Part shown: positions 33,656 through 43,469 of the stretch, piece after piece
How the letters are laid out: each line of letters opens with the position of its first letter
How positions within the stretch are numbered: position 1 is the stretch's first letter
From: an uncultured Anaerolineales bacterium
Lineage (GTDB): Bacteria; Chloroflexota; Anaerolineae; B4-G1
Direction of reading: 5' to 3'
Assembly (NCBI GenBank): GCA_964653285.1
Contig: CAZZEX010000012.1
Location: forward strand, 5,692 to 69,691
DNA length: 64,000 nt
Position numbers and translations under genes: made by a program
Notes under the pieces: model-generated
Database searches by the model: none
Seen by the model: the letters and a program-made list of their open reading frames with translations, nothing else
What the model was told of the DNA's origin: nothing

Positions 33656-34689
33656 ACATTCTCTATCATCTGGCTACCCTGCCCCCCAAGATGCCGCAAG
33701 CCGAGGCCATCTCGCAAGAAATCACCGCCCTGCGAGGATATTTTGGCGGTGATGTGATCCACATCAATCCGAACCCAGAATTCCCCCTTTACATCCCTCG
33801 GCTACTCTTTGGCTTCCACAAACTAAAAGAACTACGGAGCCGTGAAGCCAACCTGCACCTACACCACTTCTACAATCCTGATCCCTTCCCCTTTCCCTAC
33901 TTGCTCAAACTACGACGCCCGGTCATCTATTCCGTCACCTGCGGGGTCAGGGACAGGCGGCCCAACGTGGCTTTCTTCTCTTCCCTGGCCGCCATCGCCG
34001 TATCCGATGAACGCAGTTTGAAACGGCTCAAATCGTGGGGGCTGGAAAATGCGATCCTGGTCCGACCCGGGATTGATACCAGCCGTTTTACATGTGAAGC
34101 GACCTGCTCTCCCCTGCCGCTGCGGTCAGAAATCAGGTTGATGGTTGGGTCGGCCCCCTGGACGAAGGGCCAGTTCCGCACCAAAGGGGTGAAAGCACTG
34201 CTGTTGGCAGCCCAGCAAGCGCCCCACCTGCGGTTGGTTTTTCTGTGGCGCGGGGTACTGGCGGATGAAATGGAACGTCGGGTGCACCGGATGAATCTGG
34301 CAAAGCAGGTCGTGGTGCTAAACAAACAGGTAGATGTTAACAAAATACTGGCAGGCGTACATGCCAGCATCACACTGGCCACCGCCCCGGGCATCGTCAA
34401 ATCGTATCCCCATTCCCTGCTTGAGTCGTTGGCTGCTGGGAAGCCGGTTCTGGTCAGTCAAGCCATTCCTATGGCGGATTATGTGGAGGAAACAGGCTGC
34501 GGCGTAGTGGTGGACAACTCAACCCCCGAGGGTATACTTACTGCCATCGAAGCACTGGCAACCGAATACGAAGCGCTACAAAAGTCAGCTCAACAAGTGG
34601 GAAAACGGGATTTCTTACAACAGGCGATGATCGCTTCTTTTCGCAGGGTATATCAACACGTACTTGATCAAACCAAACAAAGGCGATGA
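33652..34689 (+). CDS. GT4 (group 1) glycosyltransferase
   Basis: ATGA overlap with the previous gene. SYPHSLLESLAAGKPVLVSQAIPMADYVEETGCGVVV is a GT4 C-terminal domain. Confidence 0.75.
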   Translation: MNILYHLATLPPKMPQAEAISQEITALRGYFGGDVIHINPNPEFPLYIPRLLFGFHKLKELRSREANLHLHHFYNPDPFPFPYLLKLRRPVIYSVTCGVRDRRPNVAFFSSLAAIAVSDERSLKRLKSWGLENAILVRPGIDTSRFTCEATCSPLPLRSEIRLMVGSAPWTKGQFRTKGVKALLLAAQQAPHLRLVFLWRGVLADEMERRVHRMNLAKQVVVLNKQVDVNKILAGVHASITLATAPGIVKSYPHSLLESLAAGKPVLVSQAIPMADYVEETGCGVVVDNSTPEGILTAIEALATEYEALQKSAQQVGKRDFLQQAMIASFRRVYQHVLDQTKQRR

Positions 34690-34696
34690 GTTCATT

Positions 34697-35509
34697 ATGA
34701 ATGAATCCCCAAAACCTTTCTTCAAGCCTGGTCCTCTGACCATTCTGAAAGACTTTATCAACCGCGCCATAAAGGGCGAGCTACACTTTCCCCCATGGTG
34801 GCTACGCGATGTGGGAGGTAGCGATTTTGGAGCCACCGGACAGGAATTTCTGAATCTGTTCATCCAAATAGGAAATTTACAGCCGGATGAACGAATTCTG
34901 GAAATAGGCTGCGGTAGCGGGCGTATGGCAATAACTCTAACCAGCCATCTAAGCCGTGCTGGATCTTACACGGGCGTAGACATTACCAGACAGTCAATCG
35001 TCTGGTGCCAGAGAAATATCTCACGCCGCCACTCCAATTTTTCTTTTTTGCACGCCGACCTATATAACAAGCGCTACAATCCCTACGGGCGTCATCTGGC
35101 TAAAGAGTACACGTTCCCCTTTGGAAATGAAAGTTTTGATTTCATCTTTCTCACCTCTGTCTTCACCCACCTTCTGCCGGAAGACACTGAAAACTATCTA
35201 TGTGAAATTGCCCGCCTGTTACGCCGGGACGGGCGTGGATTCTTCACCTTTTTCCTGCTCAATGGAATACAGCAATCGCTGGCAAAGCAAGGGCACAATG
35301 ACATCAATTTCAATTATGGTACAGGTCCCTGCCGCACGCGGGATGCAGCCATTCCGGAAAGCGCCGTAGCCTACGACGAAACGTGTCTGCTTCAACTTTT
35401 GTCAGAATGTAGGTTGGAGTTGCGCACGGTGCATTACGGGACCTGGAGCGGGCGCGAAGATGGCCTGTCGTACCAAGATGTTTTGCTGGTCCGGCGCAAA
35501 GAACATTAA
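34697..35509 (+). CDS. class I SAM-dependent methyltransferase
   Basis: ILEIGCGSGRMAITL motif I and FDFIFLTSVFTHL motif. I chose ATG 34697 over the TTG 34664 extension. Confidence 0.75.
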   Translation: MNESPKPFFKPGPLTILKDFINRAIKGELHFPPWWLRDVGGSDFGATGQEFLNLFIQIGNLQPDERILEIGCGSGRMAITLTSHLSRAGSYTGVDITRQSIVWCQRNISRRHSNFSFLHADLYNKRYNPYGRHLAKEYTFPFGNESFDFIFLTSVFTHLLPEDTENYLCEIARLLRRDGRGFFTFFLLNGIQQSLAKQGHNDINFNYGTGPCRTRDAAIPESAVAYDETCLLQLLSECRLELRTVHYGTWSGREDGLSYQDVLLVRRKEH

Positions 35510-35531
35510 ACATCCATAGCAAGGCATTAAT

Positions 35532-36530
35532 ATGAACACATCCGCCTCCTGGCCCAAGGTCACAGTCGTTATACCTAATTGGAATACCCGCCGATGGCTA
35601 GCCGGCTGCCTGGATGGCCTGAGAGCACAACACTACCGGGATTTCAAAGTGATCCTGGTTGATAATGGTTCCACCGATGGCTCGGTAGCCTTTGTCAAGC
35701 AACACTATCCTGAAGTTCAAGTTTTATCCTTCGCAGAGAACAGAGGATTTGCACCAGCGGTCAACGCAGGTATTCAACGAACACGTTCCGAATATATAGC
35801 CCTGCTTAACGTGGATACCGTGCCCAAGTCGAACTGGCTGCTCAGCCTGGTGGAAACGATGGAGCAGAGCCCGCCCGATGTGGGCTGTCTAGCCTCCAAA
35901 ATGCTCAAACTCGAAGATCCCAACACAATAGATGAGGCAGGCGACACCCTGAGCTGGTACGGGTCAGCCCGAAAACGTGGCGCGGGTGAGCCAGTCGAGG
36001 CTTACAACCAGGTTGAGGAAGTCTTCTCCGCTTGCGCTGGTGCGGTCCTCTACCAGCGCGACTTTCTGGAGGAAGTGGGGGACTTCGACGAATCTTTTAA
36101 CAGCTACCTGGAGGACATAGACCTGGGGCTGCGGGGGCGCCTGCTGGGCTACCGTTGCCTGTACGTTCCCACCGCCGAAATACTTCACCAAGGACACGGC
36201 TCTGGCCTTGCTCGCTCGCGCTACGTTTACTTGATGACCCGCAATCGCCTGGCGTTGTTGCTCAAGAATATCCCCCTGGCGCTGCTGTTAAAGCATAGTT
36301 GGACGCTGCTATATGGCCAGATTTACTTCTTCCTGGTCTACAAAAAGCCCTTTCACTCACTGGCAGGGACGATTATGTTCTTGTGCGCTTTACCTCGCAT
36401 CTTGCGTCAACGACGTGCCATCCAAAAGCGGAGGAGAACTTCAAATGAGGCCCTGGAGACTATGCTCTCGGACAACCTGGGGGAAATACCGCTGAGAGAG
36501 ATCCTCAAGAACAGGCTAAGAAGGAAATAG
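35532..36530 (+). CDS. GT2 glycosyltransferase (rhamnosyltransferase-like)
   Basis: VTVVIPNWNTRRWLAGCLDGL...KVILVDNGSTDGS...NRGFAPAVNAG...EDIDLGLR. Confidence 0.85.
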   Translation: MNTSASWPKVTVVIPNWNTRRWLAGCLDGLRAQHYRDFKVILVDNGSTDGSVAFVKQHYPEVQVLSFAENRGFAPAVNAGIQRTRSEYIALLNVDTVPKSNWLLSLVETMEQSPPDVGCLASKMLKLEDPNTIDEAGDTLSWYGSARKRGAGEPVEAYNQVEEVFSACAGAVLYQRDFLEEVGDFDESFNSYLEDIDLGLRGRLLGYRCLYVPTAEILHQGHGSGLARSRYVYLMTRNRLALLLKNIPLALLLKHSWTLLYGQIYFFLVYKKPFHSLAGTIMFLCALPRILRQRRAIQKRRRTSNEALETMLSDNLGEIPLREILKNRLRRK

Positions 36531-36591
36531 CAACTGGAGCGCTTTCCACATTCTCAAACCTGGACCTCAATCAGATATCCACTTCCTTTAC

Positions 36592-37995
36592 CTATCTCCT
36601 CATTTTCCAACGGATGTACTCCTTTCCTTGCCCCAGCACTCCCGACACTCCACCCAGCCGTAAGGCACGCCAACCCTTGAGCAAAAGCCGTCTCCACGCC
36701 CCCTGTTGCGTCGTATCACCCACAAGCCAATGCTGGCGCAGATAATCCTTGTCAGGGGCAAAGGAAGGGGAGGCGCAAAAATCTATCAATGGGCGCACTA
36801 CGACATCCCAGCGATAGTTAGCCGCTACTTCCCTAAAGCGCGCAGCGTGGTCTGCACGCCAGGTAGGGTTGTTTAACAGGTTCAGGATAGTTGTGGCGAC
36901 GCCCTCAACGTCACCAGGAGCAACCAGGCCAGCCAGCCCCTGGGCTGCCAAGGCTTCCCCCATCACATCACCGCCAGTGGCAACGATGGGCAGCCCCGCC
37001 CATAGATAGTCCAACAAGCGTGTTCTAAAGGCAAAACGAGTCTCCACATAATCCAGATGCAGACTGACGCCAACATCTGCTTCCAACAAGAAATTCTGCC
37101 GTTCATTGTATGGAACCCAATCATTGAAGAACACGTACCTGTCGTAAAGCCCCAACTCCTTACTGAGTGCCATAGCACGGTCAACGGCTTCCATCTTAAC
37201 CACACTTCGATTCGGCCGCTTAATCCCCATAAAGAAAAGTTTTACATCGTCACGCTGCTGGAGAATGTGAGGCATGGCCTTGATCAACGTGGGCGCGTCA
37301 AACCAATTCCAAATCCCTCCCCCCCATAGAATTACCTTATCGTTCGCAGCGATGGTTTTATAAACTCCTTTCAGAACAGCACGTGTACGTCGCGGCTGCT
37401 CCCTCGGTAAACCAAAGGGAACCACATCAATCAGACGGCGCAAAGTGGGATCCTGCTGGTAGGTATAGGGGTTCACACGCCCCATCGCTGAGAGCATCCC
37501 CAGCCAATAATCGCGCTGCCTCTCACCAGCGCACAAGAAAAAATCACCCGCACGCAGTTGGATACTGAGCGCCTCAAGACATTTTTCGTGCGCAGTGATC
37601 TGCTCTAAAACACCCGCTTCAGCCTCTCGCTGCAACCCGGCCAGCAAGAAGGGATCGTAGATATCAAGGACCAATGGTTTGCCCAACTCAACGAGAAACG
37701 GGTAAAAGGGCAAGACCACCCCCAGCGTAACGACAACGTCGCAATCGCTGAGCAGGCGGCGCAATTCCTGAGCGCTCTTGCAGACGCGGATGGAAACAGA
37801 AGGCATTCCCATAGAAAATGGAACGGCATCCATCGGCACAAAGGGGGGCACAGCCAGGGTGACGGCGAAGCGCTGGCCTAAAGTCCGTGCAAACTCCCAG
37901 TAGCGTATGCCGGGACCGGCCATGTTTTCGCCGACCACATCGTTGCAGATGAGCAACACACGCTGGCGTTCTAACCTGTTGCCGTCTGAATCCAT
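36592..37995 (-). CDS. GT4-like glycosyltransferase, paralogue A of a three-member family
   Basis: It shares long identical blocks with 42081-43469 and with the middle of 44826-47282: MAGPGIRYWEF, GDFFLCAGERQRDYWLGML, RLIDVVPFGLP, DKVILWGGGIWNWFD, FFNDWVPY..R.N.LLEADVGVSLH...ETRFAFRTRLLDYLWAGLP. I chose ATG 37995 over TTG 38028. Confidence 0.75.
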   Translation of the reverse strand: MDSDGNRLERQRVLLICNDVVGENMAGPGIRYWEFARTLGQRFAVTLAVPPFVPMDAVPFSMGMPSVSIRVCKSAQELRRLLSDCDVVVTLGVVLPFYPFLVELGKPLVLDIYDPFLLAGLQREAEAGVLEQITAHEKCLEALSIQLRAGDFFLCAGERQRDYWLGMLSAMGRVNPYTYQQDPTLRRLIDVVPFGLPREQPRRTRAVLKGVYKTIAANDKVILWGGGIWNWFDAPTLIKAMPHILQQRDDVKLFFMGIKRPNRSVVKMEAVDRAMALSKELGLYDRYVFFNDWVPYNERQNFLLEADVGVSLHLDYVETRFAFRTRLLDYLWAGLPIVATGGDVMGEALAAQGLAGLVAPGDVEGVATTILNLLNNPTWRADHAARFREVAANYRWDVVVRPLIDFCASPSFAPDKDYLRQHWLVGDTTQQGAWRRLLLKGWRALRLGGVSGVLGQGKEYIRWKMRR

Positions 37996-38024
37996 ATCCC
38001 CGGTCTGCTTTTCACCTGGCTTGG

Positions 38025-38144
38025 TCAATCATCGCTCAGAATGATGGGCACGTCGCTATACCAACGCGTCGTATTGTACCCCTCGGTGACCTCGGCCAGG
38101 ATACAGTAGCGGCCAGTCGGCACGCCGGCGGTGTCCCATTGTGC
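38025..38144 (-). pseudogene. orphan 3' gene fragment: a start-less high-GC copy of the C-terminal module of the 687-aa protein
   Basis: The minus-strand translation AQWDTAGVPTGRYCILAEVTEGYNTTRWYSDVPIILSDD* aligns with the end of 38159-40222 (VWDTTGVPVGTYYICIEAEDAYNTVYRCSDAPMILR*). It is in a different frame, is bounded upstream by TGA at 38145-38147, and has no start codon. Confidence 0.5.
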
Positions 38145-38158
38145 TCACGTCTGGCCCG

Positions 38159-40222
38159 TCAGCGCAAGATCATCGGCGCATCACTACAACGATAGACAGT
38201 GTTGTAGGCATCCTCGGCCTCGATGCAGATGTAATAAGTACCAACTGGCACACCAGTAGTGTCCCATACGTAGAAGTCACCCCCACAATAGACTCGCGTT
38301 ATGACGGGCAGATAGATCATATAGTCGTCTTCGTCTGAGGGACCAGCGCCAGATGGATTGGCACTGTTAACCACGTTGGCCGCCTGAAGTGATTGAATGG
38401 TCTCAGTGCCAATCACCGATCGCCCATTGGAGGGGTCTGTGTCTGTGTCATAGAAGAAGGCCAGCGAAACAGACCGTGCAGCAGTCACAGCATAGCGGAT
38501 AGGATAGGGTTGTCCACTATTCACTTCATCCGGGGCTGTCAGTTTGGCCCAATCTATGTGAAAACGATGGGCATTTGCTGCAGCACCTTCAGGAGTCGTC
38601 TCCAGCGGGTCAAAACGCAGATATTTTGCTCCTCCAAGCTGAGTCCAACCAATTTGAGCAGGAAAAGGGTTTTGCTCTTTCGGAGTAAGGATATTATCTG
38701 CCTGGTAAGAGTCCGAGACAGATGGGTCAGGCACTGCCCGTGCTAAATCCACCGTATATGTACGCCAGCCCTCGTAGTGGTTCCCATATTTTGTCTCTGA
38801 GCCATCAGATGAAATAGCGGTGTTCCACCAGACTACACGTCCCCCCCAGCCATTCTTGACCAGGAAGTTAATATCTTTATCCAATGGGCTGTCAACCTTC
38901 AGATGGACTGAGAAGTAGCGGTATTTGGTCGTAGCAATTGGATGATAGTTGGGGTCTGTATGCAACCAAATTTGGGAGTCTGATGAAGGCTGCCCAGGCA
39001 AAATCAAGGCCGTAGCGCTGAAAATGCCGTCGCTAAGATCTTTATCGGTCAAAGTCTCCGGGTAGGGTGAGCCCGGCGTTATTATATCCTCCCAGTCATT
39101 CATATCCCATGGGTTACCCAACTCAGTTGTCGCATAATCGGTGCCACTTAGCATGCTAGGCGACAGGATTTCCAATTCCGGCGCTGGCTTGATTGTCAGC
39201 GGCCCTGCCCAGGGAGTTGAGGCCTTAGTGACGCCACACCCGTTGCTCTCAACATCCATCAGGTGCAGCGAGAAGTAGTACTCCCCCGCTGGCAGGATGC
39301 TTGTTTTGAAAGTATACGATTGATTTCCCACAGGGATACCGCGCACCACAGGAGAGGCATCTGCACCAGCCTGGTTGTCCGCCACGTAAATATCCACCGT
39401 GTCTCCAGGACTCGTGTCTTGTGCAGTCCATTCCAGGTTGATGGTCGGCGATTTGCTCGGATCTGTCAGGCGTACCCAGTCCACTTTGATCTGTGTGCCG
39501 GCCGGTGCGCTTGCGCTAGGATCAATGCGCAACCCACGTACCAACGACTGATCTTGCCAGGTACCGGCACGGACAGCGTCTTCCCCATTAGGCTGAGCCA
39601 AATCAAAGTAATAAACATGCCAACCGGCCGGCCATAGTTTAAGCCCTGTGTAGCTGTAACAGCCATCATTTCCACCAAAACGGTGATCACCGGTAGGCCA
39701 CGTAACTGGCTTGGCGCCGGTCCACTGCACGTAATACTGGGAGCGTTGGCTCGTGTACATACGGAAAGATAACAGCGTGTATTTCGACGTGTCCACGGCA
39801 TATTGATCTCGACCACCAACTATGTTCCAATTCAGTTCCTGGCTCTGTTGGCCACCTACGAGCGTGCTAAAACCCTGAAACAGCGGGAAAAAGTACCCGG
39901 CAGTCGAAGCGCCACTGGCCTGGTCTACCCCGCTGAAGGTGCCCTGCCAGGTGCTATCGGAGACCGTCACGTTACTAAAGCCGATCTCATAACCTATGTC
40001 GCGTCGTTGATCCATATCCCACGGTTTACCTAACACTTGTATGGCGAAATCGTCGCCTTCGCCAACGGTAACCTGAATATTAGAAGGATTAACGAAACGG
40101 ATGGTTGCCTCCTGTGCAACATCCGGCCCAGGGGACGACGCCAAGCCACCAGGCAAACCGGTCATGACGGTCAGTCCTCCCAACAGGGTCAATAAACTCA
40201 ATCCACATCGAAGCCAGTTCAT
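38159..40222 (-). CDS. secreted 687-aa protein built from two ~300-aa homologous modules, unknown function
   Basis: Signal peptide MNWLRCGLSLLTLLGGLTVMTG. Each module begins LG(K/N)PWDM..(R/W).DI, contains (V/I)DW(V/A)(R/K)LT.P and ends in an Ig-like segment (AGEYYFSLHLMD / VGTYYICIEAED). Confidence 0.65.
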   Translation of the reverse strand: MNWLRCGLSLLTLLGGLTVMTGLPGGLASSPGPDVAQEATIRFVNPSNIQVTVGEGDDFAIQVLGKPWDMDQRRDIGYEIGFSNVTVSDSTWQGTFSGVDQASGASTAGYFFPLFQGFSTLVGGQQSQELNWNIVGGRDQYAVDTSKYTLLSFRMYTSQRSQYYVQWTGAKPVTWPTGDHRFGGNDGCYSYTGLKLWPAGWHVYYFDLAQPNGEDAVRAGTWQDQSLVRGLRIDPSASAPAGTQIKVDWVRLTDPSKSPTINLEWTAQDTSPGDTVDIYVADNQAGADASPVVRGIPVGNQSYTFKTSILPAGEYYFSLHLMDVESNGCGVTKASTPWAGPLTIKPAPELEILSPSMLSGTDYATTELGNPWDMNDWEDIITPGSPYPETLTDKDLSDGIFSATALILPGQPSSDSQIWLHTDPNYHPIATTKYRYFSVHLKVDSPLDKDINFLVKNGWGGRVVWWNTAISSDGSETKYGNHYEGWRTYTVDLARAVPDPSVSDSYQADNILTPKEQNPFPAQIGWTQLGGAKYLRFDPLETTPEGAAANAHRFHIDWAKLTAPDEVNSGQPYPIRYAVTAARSVSLAFFYDTDTDPSNGRSVIGTETIQSLQAANVVNSANPSGAGPSDEDDYMIYLPVITRVYCGGDFYVWDTTGVPVGTYYICIEAEDAYNTVYRCSDAPMILR

Positions 40223-40360
40223 TTTTTTATGCCTCCCTTTACCACATTAAAGTCCTACTCGCCTCAATTATACTGGATCGAGGGGTACTCGACAATGAGT
40301 AAATGGTACTAAGACGGAGGTACATGCGATAAAGGCCAGAGGCGCTTGCTTAGGGGCCAT

Positions 40361-40572
40361 TAAGAAATAACTTCCCGTTTTTGAAGCCATCGGCCACTGT
40401 AGGGCAGGTTGGCGGCGAGTCAGACAAGCAACCGCCTCGTACTGGTCACATTCGTCGCGGCCGCCTCCATCAAGCAAATCACCCAAGCCGCCTACCTGCC
40501 GTCCCACTGGTCCGCCACTCCCATCCAAGCCGCGGCCAACCTGCCCTACTGAATCGGGAAGTTATTCTTTTA
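40361..40572. mobile_element. MITE-like element or long structured RNA: ~212-bp imperfect inverted repeat
   Basis: The left arm 40361-40417 (taagaaataacttcccg...gtagggcaggttggcggcg) is complementary to the right arm 40531-40572 (cgcggccaacctgccctac tgaat cgggaagttattctttta). The inner block matches at 18/19 and the outer block at about 14/16. The right arm recurs at 751-792. Confidence 0.45.
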
Positions 40573-40680
40573 CAGGCCCTTAGCGTCAGGTGGGGGCTGG
40601 TCGTGGAGAGCTCAGATGTAACCGCAATCTCTTGGCGAACCGGGTGTTGCCTGGGGGTTCATCAAGAACGACACGCTCAC

Positions 40681-42039
40681 CTAGCGCGCTCTGGATATCC
40701 ACCGCCAATAAGCGCCAATCTCCCGCAACAGCGCTGCCGGTCCTTGGTTCCAAAAGATGTAAGCCGCTTTGTATGGCAACAAGTACCAGCGTGTTCCGCC
40801 TCCGGGCGGCGCGGCTTTAGAACGGGGGCGGAAAAGGTGCGCATGTTTACGCCGCACATCGGCCAATTTTTCCTGGGGCACGCGTGGCCAATCTGCTTGC
40901 TTTTGCGCGATCAGAGTGACGTACTCAATCTCCTGAGGAAATCGCTCGTTTAGGACGTTATACAGGACGTTGATTACATCTCGTGCAACACGAGTGGCTT
41001 CCATCGAACGCCCAGATTTGAAATAGTAGAGATCACCAAAGATATCCAGGAAAACATAACGAAACGCAATGTGCTCAATGTTGAGAGTGCGTTCGATAGA
41101 AAGTAAAATGTCTGCCTGCCCTCGATCCTCGTTGGCTGAGGCCCCCGCAGGCAGCGAGGAAGCCGGCGCTTCAGCCGTCGCGTAGGGAGGCAACACTTCT
41201 CGCTCAGCCCATTCCATTAAAGCCGCACGGAACATTGCTCCGTGGGCGCTGTCCTGAACGTGCTCGTCAATTGCCAGACACCCGCCAAGGCGCAGCCAGG
41301 CGCGGATTTCAGACACGCGCGCCTCCAGTTCCGGGATATGATGGAGGGAGTGAAAAGCGAACACCGTGTCGAAAGTTTCTGCATCAAAGCGAATGCTACC
41401 TGGTGCGGCGGCCACGTATTCCACAAAGATGCCTTGTTGCATGGCATAGGCCTTGGCCATCTTGACACATTCCAGGCTGGGGTCAATCGCCACAACGTCA
41501 AACCCACGACGAGCCATATAGAGCGATGTCCAGCCAGTTCCACACCCGATGTCCAACACACGTCGGCTATTACGGACCAGGGGATGATCAGCCAATATAT
41601 CGTGCATGCCGTGACGTTCGTCGCCATCCACAGGCACGGGCTCGGCTACCCGATAGGGGAGAAAGGGAGCGACCGGTTGCCGCAAATCGAAAAAGCCCAG
41701 ATTGCCCTGGTCGTAGAACCAACGATAGTACTTGCCCCAATATTCGCCGTCAGCACGGACATCCTTGGGCAGTAAGTCCACCAATGACAAGACATAGTCC
41801 TCCACTGGGAACTGCTGTCCGCACGCGGAACACACGACTCGACCAGCGCGAACCTCTTCAACTACCTGTTTACCATAAGTAATAGTCTGGGTCTGTGCAT
41901 CGCTCAGTGTCAAGCCGCCTCCACCACAACGTGGGCACAAAAGGACATCCAACAAGCTGGCTTTCAACTCTGCCTCCCTGCTACAGTTTAGATCTCGCGC
42001 ACCTTGCGCACATAAACGAATAAGTGGTCGCCGTACCAC
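40681..42039 (-). CDS. SAM-dependent methyltransferase with N-terminal Trm112-like zinc ribbon
   Basis: LLCPRCGGGGL...VCSACGQQFPVEDYVLSL (four-Cys ribbon), VLDIGCGTGWTSLYMARRGFDVVAIDPS motif I, and a ~170-aa C-terminal extension. GTG start. Confidence 0.72.
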   Translation of the reverse strand: MVRRPLIRLCAQGARDLNCSREAELKASLLDVLLCPRCGGGGLTLSDAQTQTITYGKQVVEEVRAGRVVCSACGQQFPVEDYVLSLVDLLPKDVRADGEYWGKYYRWFYDQGNLGFFDLRQPVAPFLPYRVAEPVPVDGDERHGMHDILADHPLVRNSRRVLDIGCGTGWTSLYMARRGFDVVAIDPSLECVKMAKAYAMQQGIFVEYVAAAPGSIRFDAETFDTVFAFHSLHHIPELEARVSEIRAWLRLGGCLAIDEHVQDSAHGAMFRAALMEWAEREVLPPYATAEAPASSLPAGASANEDRGQADILLSIERTLNIEHIAFRYVFLDIFGDLYYFKSGRSMEATRVARDVINVLYNVLNERFPQEIEYVTLIAQKQADWPRVPQEKLADVRRKHAHLFRPRSKAAPPGGGTRWYLLPYKAAYIFWNQGPAALLREIGAYWRWISRAR

Positions 42040-42080
42040 AGGCGCGATGCTATCTAACGACTCACGCGTCTCTCCTCACT

Positions 42081-43469
42081 TTAGCCGGCCGACATCCGCC
42101 AGCGGACATAGCCTTTCACCTCGGCCCACAGTGCGGGCAGGCCCTGGTCTCGCAACAGCCCCCAGCCCTTTGCCAGCCGCTCTCCCCACGAAGATTCAGC
42201 CACTCGTGGTGATGCGCCTGGTGAACCACTCAGTGGCGGAGCGTACAGCGACGTACCCTGCGGCGAGCGGTCGGGAGCCAGTCTCGGTGCACAGCAAAAT
42301 TCCACCAGCGGCCTCGCCATCGCCGGCCAGGTGAGTTGCGCGGCGACCGCCTGGAACTGCAAACACAGGTGATCCTTCAGGTCGGGCTGGGCCAGCATCT
42401 CCAGCAGCGCGTCGCGCACGCCAGCCGTATCCCCCGGCCTGACGATGCGCCCCAGGCCACTGTTGTGAATCACATCCGCCATCGCGTCCCCCTCGGTTGC
42501 CAGCGTTGGCAGTCCAGCCCACAGGTAATCCAGGATGCGTGTGCGAAACGAGAAGCGCGTCTCCAGGTGATCCAGGTGCAGGCTGACGCCGACGTCGGCT
42601 TCCAGCAAATAGTTCCCCCGGTCCTCGTAAGGAACCCAGTCGTTGAAGAACACTTGTTGGTTGTACAGGCCCAGTTCCTGGCTTAACGCAACAGCCTGCT
42701 CGATCATCTCGAAACCACGCACGTGAGGGTTGGGATGCCGGGTGCCCATGAAGAACAACTTCACGTCCGGCCGTGTCCGCACGATCTCGGCGACGGCGCG
42801 GACGAGCGTGAGCGGGTCGAACCAGTTGTAGATGCCCCCTCCCCACAAGATCACTTTGTCATCCGGGCCGATGCCTTCATAGGCCCCCTTGAGTACAGAG
42901 CGGGTGTGCTGCGGCGGGTTGGCCGGCACGCCGAATGGCACCACGTCAATCAACCGCCGCAATGTATTGTCCTCCATGTAGGTGAGTGGGTTGATGCGGT
43001 TGAGTGCTGAGAGCAGACCCAGCCAGTAGTCGCGCTGCTTCTCGCTGGCGCACAGGAAAAAGTCCGCGTGCACGAGCTGGTATGTGAGTAAGGCCAGCAC
43101 GTTGTTGTGATCAGCGGCGCGGAACGACGGCTTGCGGTAGCTCAGGAACTGCAAGTTCTCCAGGTTGAACGGGTCGTACACATCCAGCACGACGGGGATG
43201 CCCATCGTCGCCAGAAACGGGTACGAACTGAGTGTGAGGCCGGAAAGGACGAGCACGTCGCAACCCTCGGCCGCCTCGCGCACACCTTGTCCCTCATATT
43301 CGTACTTGCAGAAAGCCACGCCGTCGGGCGGCGGAAAGTCCGGTTGGTTGGGCGCGGCCAGCGTCACGTCGCAGTGCTCTCGCAGGACGCGGGCGAACTC
43401 CCAGCAGCGAATGGCTGGCCCGGCCATGCGCCTGCCAATCACGTCGTGGCTGGCAATGAGAACTTTCAT
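42081..43469 (-). CDS. GT4-like glycosyltransferase, paralogue B
   Basis: See 36592-37995. MAGPAIRCWEF, ADFFLCASEKQRDYWLGLL, DKVILWGGGIYNWFD, ETRFSFRTRILDYLWAGLP. Confidence 0.75.
   Translation of the reverse strand: MKVLIASHDVIGRRMAGPAIRCWEFARVLREHCDVTLAAPNQPDFPPPDGVAFCKYEYEGQGVREAAEGCDVLVLSGLTLSSYPFLATMGIPVVLDVYDPFNLENLQFLSYRKPSFRAADHNNVLALLTYQLVHADFFLCASEKQRDYWLGLLSALNRINPLTYMEDNTLRRLIDVVPFGVPANPPQHTRSVLKGAYEGIGPDDKVILWGGGIYNWFDPLTLVRAVAEIVRTRPDVKLFFMGTRHPNPHVRGFEMIEQAVALSQELGLYNQQVFFNDWVPYEDRGNYLLEADVGVSLHLDHLETRFSFRTRILDYLWAGLPTLATEGDAMADVIHNSGLGRIVRPGDTAGVRDALLEMLAQPDLKDHLCLQFQAVAAQLTWPAMARPLVEFCCAPRLAPDRSPQGTSLYAPPLSGSPGASPRVAESSWGERLAKGWGLLRDQGLPALWAEVKGYVRWRMSAG

Noticed and set aside
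40381-40953. 190-aa plus-strand ORF and neighbouring small ORFs in the 40.2-40.7 kb gap
   Set aside because: The ORF overlaps the inverted-repeat element and the 3' end of the minus-strand methyltransferase gene. Its translation is low complexity with no motif, and it has no ribosome binding site.
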